Assembly: GCA_051942205.1 (NCBI GenBank)
Contig: JAVECO010000020.1
Span: forward strand, 62,001 to 126,000
Direction of reading: 5' to 3'
DNA length: 64,000 nucleotides
Source: Coniocarpon cinnabarinum
Lineage: Eukaryota
Shown piece after piece: positions 12,924 through 24,321 of this stretch (the stretch's first letter is position 1; every line of letters begins with the position of its first letter). Made by a program: the position numbers and the translations under genes. The notes under the pieces were generated by a model. The model was not told the DNA's origin. It saw only the letters and a list, made by a program, of their open reading frames with translations, and made no database searches.

Positions 12924-14048
12924 GGCAGACGCGGATGAGCAACTTCAATTCGGTCGTGTATGAAATATCTTGAATTTGCATGGTTCGCGTGATACAATAG
13001 AGGGTGGGCGACATGATACTCCAGGAGAGCACTTGTACTTCTACCACCAACAATAGAACGATGACACTGCGATATGCACCGTACTCAGACGTTCAGGCCT
13101 CATCATGATGTGGACCACACAAAGCGACAGTTCCACCGGGTGAATTCCTCTTAGCTTTCGTTATTATCTCATCAATGCGCTCTTTCGATGGTTTCCAGGA
13201 ACCCCGCCGCTCTTCTCAGCTCTCTCCGAGTCAATAGACTTGGTCTATACGCCTCTAGTCACACTCCCAACCCCTGACAGCCTCGCTGTGTTCCAAGGCG
13301 GAAATGGCCCATAGTATCTACACCTAAACTTGGTCAGAGCCGAGCCAGGGCACAGACGAAGGGGGTTCCAGGCGCAGCATTTGGTTAGCGCTGGCCGTAC
13401 TTCAAGACGGAAAGACCTCGCAAGTCGCCCCCGGATTGCTCTCAAGCCAATACCTCAAGAGGAATCTTCGGTGCCGGAGGCTTGCTGCAATGGATTGAAA
13501 GGGAAAGATCTCGCAAATGTAGGAAGTGAGAAGATTGTAGTGCAACGACTCTAAGCCAAAGCACGTCATGAAGTTTATGAAATGAGTGAAGTGTGGAAAG
13601 AACTACGGAAGAGCTTTCATGACTGCAGTGCTCTCATCATGACGACGCGCAGAGTACAGAAGTTGGAGCGAAGACGATTTTTTGGCTTCCTGCGCAATTG
13701 CCGTAAATCAGTAGTCCCAGTGACAGCCTTGAACATGGAGCATTTGCTAAAAAAAAACCTTATGCCTCACTCAAGTCTATTGTTTGTATTAGCTTTCCAA
13801 ACCCCGCGAGACGCCAGCCGTCGTGGGATCTTAGGATGGATTCTGCTGTTGAATTCTCAATGGACTTGTCACCGCTGAAATGCGCCCGGATGTAAGTTCC
13901 AGTCGCTTCTGATCAGAGACCTCTGTCGCGAGAAACCAGGTCATTAGATGCGTTGCGGCAGCTGTGCAGTAGCAGCCAGCTGAATGACATCATCACCAGT
14001 CGACTTTGGATACAGCGTAGAGCAATTCAAGTCATCTAAGCTCGAGAC

Positions 14049-14653
14049 ATGCTCACTACTCGAGCAGTCTTCGCAGCACATCTGTTGTTTCGAACACCGC
14101 TAGTTGGCAAGCCTGGAACTCGCATCTTCTCCACAATGTTAGATCCCAAAACTTTTCCACGGCCGCCCAAGCTCGAAAAGGTCGACACCCCGTTGGCCAT
14201 AAAATGGCCCAACGGCGACACCATCATAGAGACCACCGGTGGTTACCGAATGCTCGAAACATATCACGCCCCAACATACTACTTGCCGCGCTCTGATGTA
14301 AAGGCTGAGCTCATCCCTAACAACCGGAAGACTTTCTGTGAGTGGAAAGGCTCGGCCAATTATTTCAACATCAAGGCGCCCGACGGGACTGAAGTCGAGA
14401 ACCGCATCTGGACGTATGAGCAGCCCAGCGAGAACTATCAAAGCATCAGCGGCTTCGTGTGCTTCTACGTCGGCCCGTGGGACTGCTACGTTGGTGATGA
14501 AAAAGGTGGATGATGCACCTTTCTGTGAGATCCGTAAAATTACTGATGACTTTCACAGTTGAGCCGCAGCCTGGCGACTATTATGGAGGCTGGCAAACAA
14601 GTGACATTCTCAAGGACAGTGTCAAAGGTGGCCCTGGGACGCTTGGGTGGTAG
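14049..14653 (+). CDS. DUF427 domain protein; 2 exons
   Basis: RMLETYHAPTYYLP, TFCEWKGSANYF, IWTYEQP; intron 14506-14558 is followed by VEPQPGDYYGGW...KGGPGTLGW*. Confidence 0.85.
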
Positions 14654-14874
14654 TAGTGGCAACTTGCTTATGGATTGCATATCTCCTGTCCGTAAGATGG
14701 TCTCCAGGCGTTTTGGTCTTTTTCGTTGCTGCTTGAGGGCAAATTGATGGCCTGGATCCACTTTCACTGGAAACGAATCGATGTTTCCACTGGCACCCAT
14801 TGCGTAATAGTGTCCCTGCCTGTCACTCTAACACCGTGTTCTCAATGATGTGACATCCGGTTCTCGAGGTGTCT

Positions 14875-17800
14875 CTAATCCGGCTTGCTCTTCTGACCAT
14901 GTTCATCTGGTTCATCTGGACCAATCTCTTTTTGGACTTTCAACTGCTTCACGGTTCTCTCTGACGGACCATTTTCGTCTACTTCCTTGCTGGGACCGTC
15001 CTTTTTCCGATACCTGTTTCTTGCAAAATCTAGTCGACCAGCGGCAGCGGCTTTCTCGTCAAGGATGCCTTCGTCATATCCGCCGACGTCCCAGCCCCCA
15101 ATTCGACCCTTTTTGAAAGCCTTGCCGCCCCTTCCACCGATGGCAGAGTCTTGTGCTTCGTCAGGCAGATTGGACTTGCCTTTTTGCTTAGCATCGGCCT
15201 GCGCGCTACCTGCTCCTCTTTCGTTATCACCATCGGATGAAGTTCGCCCCTTGCTTAGAGGCTCGTCGGTATTCTCTGGCCTGGTGCCTGCTTCTGTGGG
15301 TCGCTCGGCGACTGTCTCTTGCGGTTGAGGCAAATCAGGTGCATATTCGTCAGTGCGCTCGTACTCTCGCTCGTCTGGCACAGGCTCTAGCCTCCCAGCT
15401 TTTGAGGCGTCCTTCTCATCGTCCGTACGTGATCTGCTTGATTTCCTCTCAGTGGGAGCTTTCTGAGTTTCATCGGCCTTTACTTGTGAGTCTCGGCCTA
15501 CTTCTTTACCCGCTTCCTTGTCGACGTTTGGATGAGACTGTAATTTGCTTTCAGCCTCTGCTTCGTGGAGATTGCGCATACGCGCGTTCAGACTATTGAG
15601 TTCCCTTCGTTCTTCATTTGTCAATGCATGATCGTCAATGTCGATTGTAGGGATATCGTCGTCGTATTTCTTGTTGGTTTTCTTTTTTTCTTTGAACCCA
15701 GCAACTGCAGTCGCCGCGTAAGAGTCAGGGTCCACAGCCGCATTCACCCCGGCAGCTGCGCCCGTCGCTTTGAAATGTTGCTTTGTGGTGGTAGGCTCAC
15801 GGGCCTTAGCCTCTACGTCCTCTGTTGCTGTAACTTGCTGCGCCGGCTCTGACTTTTCTTCGGGGTGACTGTTCTTAGATTTTTGCTTCTTGCTGGGCTG
15901 TTGTGACGGTTCGCTGTGTCCGCTGACACAGAAGAGGTCCTCTGCATTGCCATGGACAACTGATACGTCGCGACTACTTGTTTCAGCGCATCCACCTGCA
16001 AGTTGACGGTAACGTGCAGCAGCATCCACCGTGCGTTCGCTGAGGGCTTCCAGTGACACTGGAAGACCCTGATCATCTAACAGAGGCAAAGAGCCCAGTG
16101 CTGGTACTGGCTTCGGGACGTCCTCGTCAGATTGTCCTGGCTTACTTACTGCGGGTGGGTCAGGCGGCAAAGCTGCGAGTAAGTTTCGCAGGAGTGGCTT
16201 CTCCTTTGCAGTCGAGTCTTCTTCGGATGGTGCGTGGTGATTACTAAGGTACGCGGTATCTGAGCCTTCAAGGACATCACCCTCAGGTAGCTCATCAGGG
16301 TTGGCGTCTTCTTTTCTCTTTCCTCGCAAGAACTCTTCTGGTATTTGGTACATATCATCATGGATGATCGCTAACGATGAGGCCGATGTTGTCCCAGAAA
16401 CGATACCAGGATACATAAAGTAGTAGCCTCTTGCCATCATAAGATCTAGCAAGTACTCCACCCAAGACGGCAGCTTCTCGGAAACTTGTTTCTCGCGGCT
16501 CTCGAAGAACGAATTAGTCTTGGGGTGGTTGCTTGCGGTCATCATTTGCGTGAGGAACGAGTGAAACTCAATCCACTTGTCGGCGAAGATGAGTGCAGCG
16601 CCAGTATTTGGTGCTTGCCAGAGGAAAGGAGTCAAGGAGTGTTCTTTGGATTCAGATGAATCTTCGTCAGGCTTAGGCGGCATGAAGCCTTCGCTTCCGT
16701 TCAGGAATGAAGATGGCGTCTCCAGACTGATGCCGAACAAGTCATCTGAGGCGTCAGAATAGCGGTACTCCAGCAGGTGATATTTCAGGTAATGAAAGAA
16801 GGTGGGAGACAACTGAGCTTGCGGAGACAGCACCAGGACATGGGAGTCCATTGTATCATAGGGATAGAAAGACTCCATGAATCTGGTGGAAGACTCGTAA
16901 TCCGTAAGGCGCTTGTCGGGAATGCGCCTATGAAGCACAAGCTCATGGTAAGGCAGATGCTTTTGGTACTTGGTTGGCGGCCACTCAAAGCCGTCCAGAA
17001 AAGCCATTGTATCGTGATGTAAGTTGTGTGGTAACTCGACAGTCAACCTTGGTGGCAGGAATGCTCCATAGTCAGCTTCCTCAAGAGACTTAAGCAACCT
17101 CACAATATTCGCAGAAGTATCCTGAGGCGCCTGAACGACTATATCGATGGTTGCAGCATGCCAACTGTGCAGAGCATGGGCGCTGAGCCTCGCCATCCAG
17201 CTCATCGATCCCGAAGCTTGTTCAGGCAACTCAATGTGCGTCTGATCAAGCTCTTTCGTTTTGCGGGCGATTGCTCGAACGAAGAAATCGTCCTCGTAGT
17301 AGGGAAAGCTGGTGATGACAGCTTGGGGGTGCATAAAGTTTTCGATATGGCCCATGGCACCCGCGACACTGACCTCCATTCGGTGGTTTGTGCTCTTCCT
17401 GGCGAAATCAGGTCGTGCGTCATGCCAGAAAACGGGACACAGAGACTCGTTCTCAACGCTGTTCATCTTCTTCACCTCGTCTAAAGGCACAGCATCCCTC
17501 CCCATGAGTGCGACGTGGACATTGTTGCGCTTCCATCTCGCCATCTCGCAAGCCAAAGGTATCAAGTCGGCCGCGCTCTTCAGGTCTGCCGCAGTGAAGA
17601 GGATATTTTCGTTCGAGGCGCGCTGACCGCTGACTTTGGCGGCGGCGTGAAGGGACGAAGCCAAATAGTAGAAGCGAATGGGACCATTGAAATCTTGGGC
17701 GTTTCCACCAGCGTCCTTGTCTTGACTTGTGCCAGTCGATTCTGGCACGTTATCGTCCTGCGCCATTTGCGCTTGCCGCCACAGATCTTCTCCATTGTCG

Positions 17801-18066
17801 AGAGCGTCGCGCTGCTCGGGTCGCGCGCGTGCCGCACCATGTCGACGGAGGCTTGGTCTGCCCTCGAGTGTCGAGCTAGACAGATTGCGGACGAGGAGCC
17901 ATACGCAGAGGCATGCGGCGACTAGCCCGAGGATGCGCCTCCTCCTTAAGAGCGGAGCTTTGGATGACTTGGGCAACCAGCCATTGGAGTGTGCCTTTGA
18001 CTTGGCGTCGTCGTCTCGCTTGCCCAGCTCTTCGTCACTGGGATAGAGTCGGGATCGAATGGCCAT
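14875..18066 (-). CDS. Type II membrane glycosyltransferase-like protein with long charged C-terminal tail
   Basis: DEELGKRDD N-terminus, single TM segment, CPVFWHDARPDF, IVRLLKSLEEADY, HVLVLSPQAQLSP, PFLWQAPN; resembles a conserved fungal GT-A-like family (from memory). Confidence 0.75.
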   Translation of the reverse strand: MAIRSRLYPSDEELGKRDDDAKSKAHSNGWLPKSSKAPLLRRRRILGLVAACLCVWLLVRNLSSSTLEGRPSLRRHGAARARPEQRDALDNGEDLWRQAQMAQDDNVPESTGTSQDKDAGGNAQDFNGPIRFYYLASSLHAAAKVSGQRASNENILFTAADLKSAADLIPLACEMARWKRNNVHVALMGRDAVPLDEVKKMNSVENESLCPVFWHDARPDFARKSTNHRMEVSVAGAMGHIENFMHPQAVITSFPYYEDDFFVRAIARKTKELDQTHIELPEQASGSMSWMARLSAHALHSWHAATIDIVVQAPQDTSANIVRLLKSLEEADYGAFLPPRLTVELPHNLHHDTMAFLDGFEWPPTKYQKHLPYHELVLHRRIPDKRLTDYESSTRFMESFYPYDTMDSHVLVLSPQAQLSPTFFHYLKYHLLEYRYSDASDDLFGISLETPSSFLNGSEGFMPPKPDEDSSESKEHSLTPFLWQAPNTGAALIFADKWIEFHSFLTQMMTASNHPKTNSFFESREKQVSEKLPSWVEYLLDLMMARGYYFMYPGIVSGTTSASSLAIIHDDMYQIPEEFLRGKRKEDANPDELPEGDVLEGSDTAYLSNHHAPSEEDSTAKEKPLLRNLLAALPPDPPAVSKPGQSDEDVPKPVPALGSLPLLDDQGLPVSLEALSERTVDAAARYRQLAGGCAETSSRDVSVVHGNAEDLFCVSGHSEPSQQPSKKQKSKNSHPEEKSEPAQQVTATEDVEAKAREPTTTKQHFKATGAAAGVNAAVDPDSYAATAVAGFKEKKKTNKKYDDDIPTIDIDDHALTNEERRELNSLNARMRNLHEAEAESKLQSHPNVDKEAGKEVGRDSQVKADETQKAPTERKSSRSRTDDEKDASKAGRLEPVPDEREYERTDEYAPDLPQPQETVAERPTEAGTRPENTDEPLSKGRTSSDGDNERGAGSAQADAKQKGKSNLPDEAQDSAIGGRGGKAFKKGRIGGWDVGGYDEGILDEKAAAAGRLDFARNRYRKKDGPSKEVDENGPSERTVKQLKVQKEIGPDEPDEHGQKSKPD

Positions 18067-18493
18067 CTTGTGCCCAGTCTGGCTTCGAGACTGACTGCTC
18101 ACGGTGACATGCCGTCCACATTCAAGGACGATGTCAAGCACGATCAAGCTTGCCAAATAGGAAAGCTGTACTCATGTGCCGTGCTATGCCTCCGAGAGCC
18201 CACTCCAAAAGGCATGCCGAGATTGGACATTGAGCCAGCGTGCAGATAGGGCGCCAGATGCTGCAGAGTAGGTACCTCTGTACCGCACATGGCGGATATC
18301 TCCGTCCTTGTGCAGAAGGTATCGTACGGACCAGACTTTTGCAAATGAGTGTAGCCTCTTGCTTCATTTCCCGTTCCTCTACATACACAGTCCTGTTCAA
18401 CCAAACACTCACCAACACAAAGATGACGTTCTACTAGGCCAGATGAAACTCATTCGTGCCCGCGACCCTGTCGAGAACATCTGGTGCCTGTAG

Positions 18494-20737
18494 ATGGAGG
18501 ATGCTAGAGGTGTGAAACGCAAGCTTGATGTAGACTTACTCCCTCGACCTCCGAGGCGCATACAAGCTCTCGACCAAGATGTCGTCAACAAGATTGCCGC
18601 CGGTGAGATCATCGTTGCTCCAGTGCATGCTCTGAAGGAGCTTATCGAGAATGCGGTGGATGCCGGCTCCACTTCTCTTGAAATTCTTGTCAAAGACGGG
18701 GGCCTGAAGCTACTACAGATTACTGACAACGGCCATGGCATTGATCGAGACGATCTCCCCATTCTTTGCGAGCGCTTCACGACTTCGAAGTTGCAGAGCT
18801 TTGAGGATCTGTCCAACATTGGCACATATGGCTTTCGAGGGGAAGCTCTGGCCAGCATAAGCCACATTGCTCATTTGACTGTGACTACCAAAACTAAGGC
18901 AACGAGCTGCGCATTCAAAGCCAAGTACTCTGGTGGTAAATTGACTCCAGGTGCGCGCAATCCTGAGCCTTGTGCGGGCCGTCAAGGCACTCAGATCACC
19001 GTCGAAGATTTGTTCTACAATGTCCCCACCAGGAGGCGCGCCTTTCGCTCAGCATCTGAAGAGTACTCCAAGATCTTAGACATGGTAGGTAAATATGCTG
19101 TGCACTGTGCAGGCGTGGCATTGTCCTGTAGGAAGCAAGGCGACTCGTCCAATAGCATCATGATTCAAGGAGCAGCGCACACCCTTGATCGTATTCGGCA
19201 AGTACACAGCAGTGCAGTGGCCAACGAGCTCTTAGCATTTAATGCATCAAACGAGGCTTGGGGATTCGAAGCTACAGGCTACGCCAGCAATGCAAATTAT
19301 CATGTTAAACGCACGCAGCTTTTGTTGTTCATCAATAATCGGGCGGTGGAATCCTCGGTCGTGAAAAAAGCCGTCGAGCACACCTATTCTCTTTTCCTTC
19401 CTAAGGGAGGCCATCCATTTGTATATATTGACTTACAGATTGACCCGAAGCGAGTCGATGTCAATGTGCATCCAACCAAGCGGGAAGTCAACTTTCTGAA
19501 CGAAGATGAGATCATTGACCAGATTTGCACAGAAATCCGCGTTCGTCTGGGCAGTGTGGACACCAGTCGTACTTTTATGACGCAAAGCGTACTTCCTGGA
19601 ATCAAGGTTCCAACCATATCGTCAGAATCCTCTGGTGGCACCGCGAAGCGGAACAATGGTTCTGACAGCCTGCCTGACGACGAGAGGCCGCCTGAGAAGA
19701 GTCAACGTACACCTGCGTCAAGGCCCTACGAGAACAACTTGGTGAGGACAGATTCACGTGCACAGAAGATCACGAATTTTATGACCACAAGCACCGACAT
19801 GTCTTCATCTCCGCCCAAACACGATTCTGCGCCTGCTCAAACGCATACTGACGATGACGAGAATGACGAAAGACACAAACTCAGACAGACAACGTATACT
19901 GTTACCGATCGCGAGCCGACAGTCTTACGCCTAGCGAGTGTCAAGGCGCTTCGAGCAGATGTGCGAGAATCTATGCATGGAGAGCTGACCGAAGTCTTCT
20001 CGACGCACACGTTTGTCGGCATTGTCGATCATCAGCGTCGCCTTGCAGCCATCCAATCTGGTGTGAAGTTGTTTCTCGTAGATTACGGCATGGTCACGGC
20101 TGAGTTTTTCTACCAACTCGGGCTGACCGACTTCGCCAATTTCGGCATGATCCAACTTGACCCAGCCCTTCCGCTTCGCGAGGTGATCGGCATTGCTGCG
20201 GATAAGAAGCAGAGAACGTCATCTGCGCAGGACATCGACTGGTCATTGGCTGCTGATATGGTCACGAATCAGCTCGTCGAGCGGCGAGAAATGCTTGCGG
20301 AGTACTTCTCATTCGAGGTGTCCGAGGACGGTCAGCTTTGTGGTCTGCCCTTGCTGATGAAAGAGTACATGCCAAGCATGGGCAAGCTGCCAGAATTTCT
20401 GCTCCGACTGGGACCCATGGTAGACTGGAACGAAGAGAAGACCTGTTTTCTCAGCTTTCTCCGTCTTCTAGCTTCATGGTATGTGCCCGAGGCAATATCC
20501 AACGAGGCATCTACGACCAACCACTCACGAGAACATGTGGACGAGATGGATGTCGATGATGTTGGCCCCAACACAGATCCCACTTCTGCTGATAGACGTT
20601 TGGAGATCAGTCGACTGGTCGAGACGGTGCTATTTCCAGCATTCAAAGCACGTCTCATCGGCACAAAGCCATTGCTGAAGGGTGTGACCGAGTTAGCGAA
20701 TTTGAAGGGTCTCTACCGCGTGTTTGAGCGTTGCTGA
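18494..20737 (+). CDS. MLH1: DNA mismatch repair protein Mlh1 (MutL homolog), intronless
   Basis: KIAAGE, ALKELIENAVDAG, DNGHGI, GFRGEALASIS, VDVNVHPTKREV and the C-terminal FERC signature. Confidence 0.98.
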   Translation: MEDARGVKRKLDVDLLPRPPRRIQALDQDVVNKIAAGEIIVAPVHALKELIENAVDAGSTSLEILVKDGGLKLLQITDNGHGIDRDDLPILCERFTTSKLQSFEDLSNIGTYGFRGEALASISHIAHLTVTTKTKATSCAFKAKYSGGKLTPGARNPEPCAGRQGTQITVEDLFYNVPTRRRAFRSASEEYSKILDMVGKYAVHCAGVALSCRKQGDSSNSIMIQGAAHTLDRIRQVHSSAVANELLAFNASNEAWGFEATGYASNANYHVKRTQLLLFINNRAVESSVVKKAVEHTYSLFLPKGGHPFVYIDLQIDPKRVDVNVHPTKREVNFLNEDEIIDQICTEIRVRLGSVDTSRTFMTQSVLPGIKVPTISSESSGGTAKRNNGSDSLPDDERPPEKSQRTPASRPYENNLVRTDSRAQKITNFMTTSTDMSSSPPKHDSAPAQTHTDDDENDERHKLRQTTYTVTDREPTVLRLASVKALRADVRESMHGELTEVFSTHTFVGIVDHQRRLAAIQSGVKLFLVDYGMVTAEFFYQLGLTDFANFGMIQLDPALPLREVIGIAADKKQRTSSAQDIDWSLAADMVTNQLVERREMLAEYFSFEVSEDGQLCGLPLLMKEYMPSMGKLPEFLLRLGPMVDWNEEKTCFLSFLRLLASWYVPEAISNEASTTNHSREHVDEMDVDDVGPNTDPTSADRRLEISRLVETVLFPAFKARLIGTKPLLKGVTELANLKGLYRVFERC

Positions 20738-21280
20738 GTGGGTAAAAAGGTCTAACTAATGCATGATATAACGGAATACACGAGTCGCATATGCATACAG
20801 GAAAGGACGAGCTTATAAAAGGATAGAGGCAGAATAGAGGATTCAGCACAAGTAGAGAGCCCTGCAGAGAGGCATGCTACTGGCATTCATAGGCAGGTCG
20901 GAGGAGATGGCGGATTAGAACAATTTTGTCTCATGGCAAACCGAGAGCTACATTCTCGCAAACGTGTGCACTTTTCAACAGTAACTGTGTAGCAATTGGT
21001 GACTGCAAAAGAAGATGTTAGACGCCAGTTCGGGTGTGGCGGATGTGAGCGAGAGTAGAGAGCGTCTCGTCCGAGCTCGAGACTGCAGCTTCACTTCCTG
21101 TATGTACTGGAACTACACAGCTCCCTAACAAACAACTTCAATCCCTACTCGCCCTGTTACCACTACCTAGCAAAGACCATGTCCTAGCGACAAGATTCCA
21201 GCTCTTGAACTAGACTCGCCTGCCTACCACTCCATGCTTCACTCCACTCTGCCAACCGGCCACTCCTCCCCGCATTCGCT

Positions 21281-23527
21281 ATGAATACCACATTGCTATT
21301 CCGCGTCGCAAGACCTCGATTCACGTTCTCATCCACTCGCAGTTACGCCGACTGCTCCAGATCGGCATTCACACAGCTTCCCAAGCAGCACCCGCTCCTG
21401 CTGCGCGCCTTTTCCCGGCATCCCTCCCCAAGATTCACGAAGCCGCTGCATCCGCGTCTACTTTCACGCTTGCGCGCCCAAAGATCACTTCACCTATCTC
21501 GAGTCCTGCGCGAGTCTTCAAGCCCAAAGCGGACCTCCACCTTCCTTCGAGTCGTGTACAGATCATTCGCTTATTTGGGCATCTTTGTAGCTGGTTAGTT
21601 CTCCGTATTTCCCCCCGCATCTTGGATGCTTCTCTCAATACAGGTCTTGAAGACGAGCAACATAAGACTCACTGCGGAGCTTCCCGAGCGTAAATGTATG
21701 CACTGAGATAGCACTTTACTGACACGCGACCCTTCAGGCACTGGTCTCGCCATTGTTGGCTTCTTCATCTACGATGCGACGACCTATCAAGAGGACCTCA
21801 CCTCTGGCGAGATTCCAGTCTCTTCTCTGGCCCTGAACCCACGCCGCGGTGGACCGAAGAACCTGCCAATCATTGAACACTTCATTGATGACGACGAAGA
21901 CGAAGAGTGCAAGGCTCAAAAGCACAAGCCGAAGCTCGTGCTGCTCGGCACTGGCTGGGGCAACGTAGCATTATTAAAAAAGCTGATACCAGGTCAATAT
22001 CATGTCACTGTCATTTCACCTTCGAACTACTTCCTGTTCACACCCATGCTTCCATCCGGCACAGTTGGCACGCTTGAGCTTCGAAGTCTGGTGGAGCCGG
22101 TCAGACGAATCGTCCATCGGCTGCAAGGCCACTTCCTCAAAGGCTCTGCAGTAGATGTGGATTTGGGCGCGCGACTGATCGAAGTCACCGCTACATCTTC
22201 AACAGGAGAAGCCCAGTCGTTCTACGTCCCTTACGACAAATTAGTTGTGGGCGTCGGTGCTGTGACCAATCCACATGGTGTCAAGGGACTCGAGCACTGC
22301 CATTTTCTCAAAGACATCGACGATGCACGTCGTATCCGCAATCGAGTAGTGGCCAACCTCGAGCGCGCCTGTCTGCCTACTACTTCGGATGAAGAGCGAA
22401 AGCGGCTTCTTTCGTTCGTCGTGTCTGGTGGAGGACCCACGGGCGTCGAATTTGCTGCCGAGCTCTTTGACATGCTGAATGAAGACCTCTCGCGGTACTA
22501 CCCGAAGCTTCTACGCAACGAAATCTCAGTCCACGTTATTCAGTCTCGCTCGCATATCCTCAACACCTACGACGAAGCTCTCTCGAAATATGCAGAAGAC
22601 CGCTTTGCCCACGACCAAGTCGACGTGCTCACGGATTCAAGAGTCAAAGAAGTCAAAGAGGACCGCATCGTCTTTTCCCAGCGCGACTCGTCCACCGGCG
22701 AAATCACCACCAAAGAAATCCCCATGGGCTTCTGCCTCTGGTCCACGGGCGTGGCCCAAAATCCACTTGTCTCCAAGATTTCCGAACGGCTGGGTAACGA
22801 GCAACGAAACCGCCACGCTTTAGAGACCGACACCCACCTCCGCGTCGCCGGCACACCACTAGGCGACGTCTACGCCATCGGCGACGCCTCCACGGTTCGC
22901 AACAACGCCGCCGACCACATCGTCACCTTTCTCCGCAATTTAGCCTGGGACAAAGGCAAGGATCCTCAGAATTTGAAGCTCTCCTTTAAAGACTGGCGCA
23001 ACGTCGCGCAGGACGTCCGCAAGCGCTTTCCGCAAGCCGCCGATCAGCTCAAGCGTCTCGACAAGCTCTTCGCGCAATACGACAAAGATCACAGTGGCTC
23101 TTTGGACTTCGCAGAATTGCACGAGCTCCTCCATCAGATCGACGCGAAGATGACGTCGCTCCCCGCCACGGCCCAGCGCGCGCATCAGCAGGGTCTGTAT
23201 CTAGCACATAAATTCAACAAGCTCGCACAATCGCATGACGCGCTCGTCGCGAACGGCATCATCGATGCGCCGGGCGAATCCACCGCCAATCTCGACGAAA
23301 TGGTGTATAAAGCGTTTGACTATAGACACATGGGCAGCCTGGCATACATTGGGAATTCGGCGGTTTTCGATTTCGGGGATGGACTTGGTTTCAGTGGCGG
23401 GCTTTTGGCGGTGTATCTGTGGCGGTCGGTGTATTTTGCGCAGAGCGTGAGTTTGCGGACGAGAGTGCTCCTGGCGATGGATTGGGGGAAGAGGGCGATG
23501 TTTGGGAGGGATTTGATGAATTTTTAG
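21281..23527 (+). CDS. Mitochondrial alternative (type II) NAD(P)H dehydrogenase with EF-hand; 2 exons
   Basis: Arg/Ser-rich presequence; intron 21594-21737; GTGWG and GGGPTGVEFAAE dinucleotide motifs; EF hand DKDHSGSLDFAE; LPATAQRAHQQG; C-terminal FGRD. Confidence 0.92.
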
Positions 23528-24321
23528 TCCACACGTGGCTGAAAAGGTCGTCTTCACGGAGAGGGTCGTTTGATGGATGGGGTGGCGAGTGTATAGATGG
23601 GGAATCGGGGACGAGGTATGAGGATAGATTGGGTCATGAGTGATAGACTGGAAACATAGATGGAATGAGTGTCATGGCTCTCTTGCTTCACTTTTCCTTC
23701 TGCTCCTATACTCAGAGCCAAAAGGCTTGAACAAATTGTCAGTCAAGCAGCGATGTAGAACGGGCGTTGAGGAGAGGCGTGTGTTGACGGGGAAGACGCA
23801 GGTGATATACGACTCTCGAAGACTGGGATTCGATTGAAAGCTCAGCGACCGTTGATGACGCGTATGATATTGAAGCAAACTTGCATTTGGTGCTAATTCG
23901 ATGACTGTGCGCTATAGCAAGATTGGCAGATAACAGACATTAACAACGAGTACAAGCAGGCCCACGAAGATATGGCTGAGGAAAATAAATCGTGGAATAT
24001 CACGTGGGATTCACGCACGACGAGTCTTAAAACAGAGGGTATTGGTGATCTAACAGAACACTGATTTTCCGGTAGAGCCGTGCTCCTATTCATACAAAGT
24101 TGTGTGTTCTTTCCAGGTAATTCTAACGCAATGCAGAAGCAGCTCTGGCATCGCGCTGCCTCTGAGAGGCTGATACGGGTTTAACAGAGTGGCCCGATTT
24201 GATGATTTCTCAAAGAGGCCTAGATAATTGAGACGAGTAACCTTTCCAAACTGCGGGATTTTGCTGATTGAGTTCGTGGACGAAAACATTCCCTTCGATC
24301 GCATTGGCTTTGGATGTCAAT

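Noticed and set aside
21645..21710. Possible intronic box C/D snoRNA (TGAAGA...CTGA) in the 144-nt NADH dehydrogenase intron
   Set aside because: The C box is non-canonical, I recognised no rRNA guide, and the D box lies only about 12 nt from the branch point.
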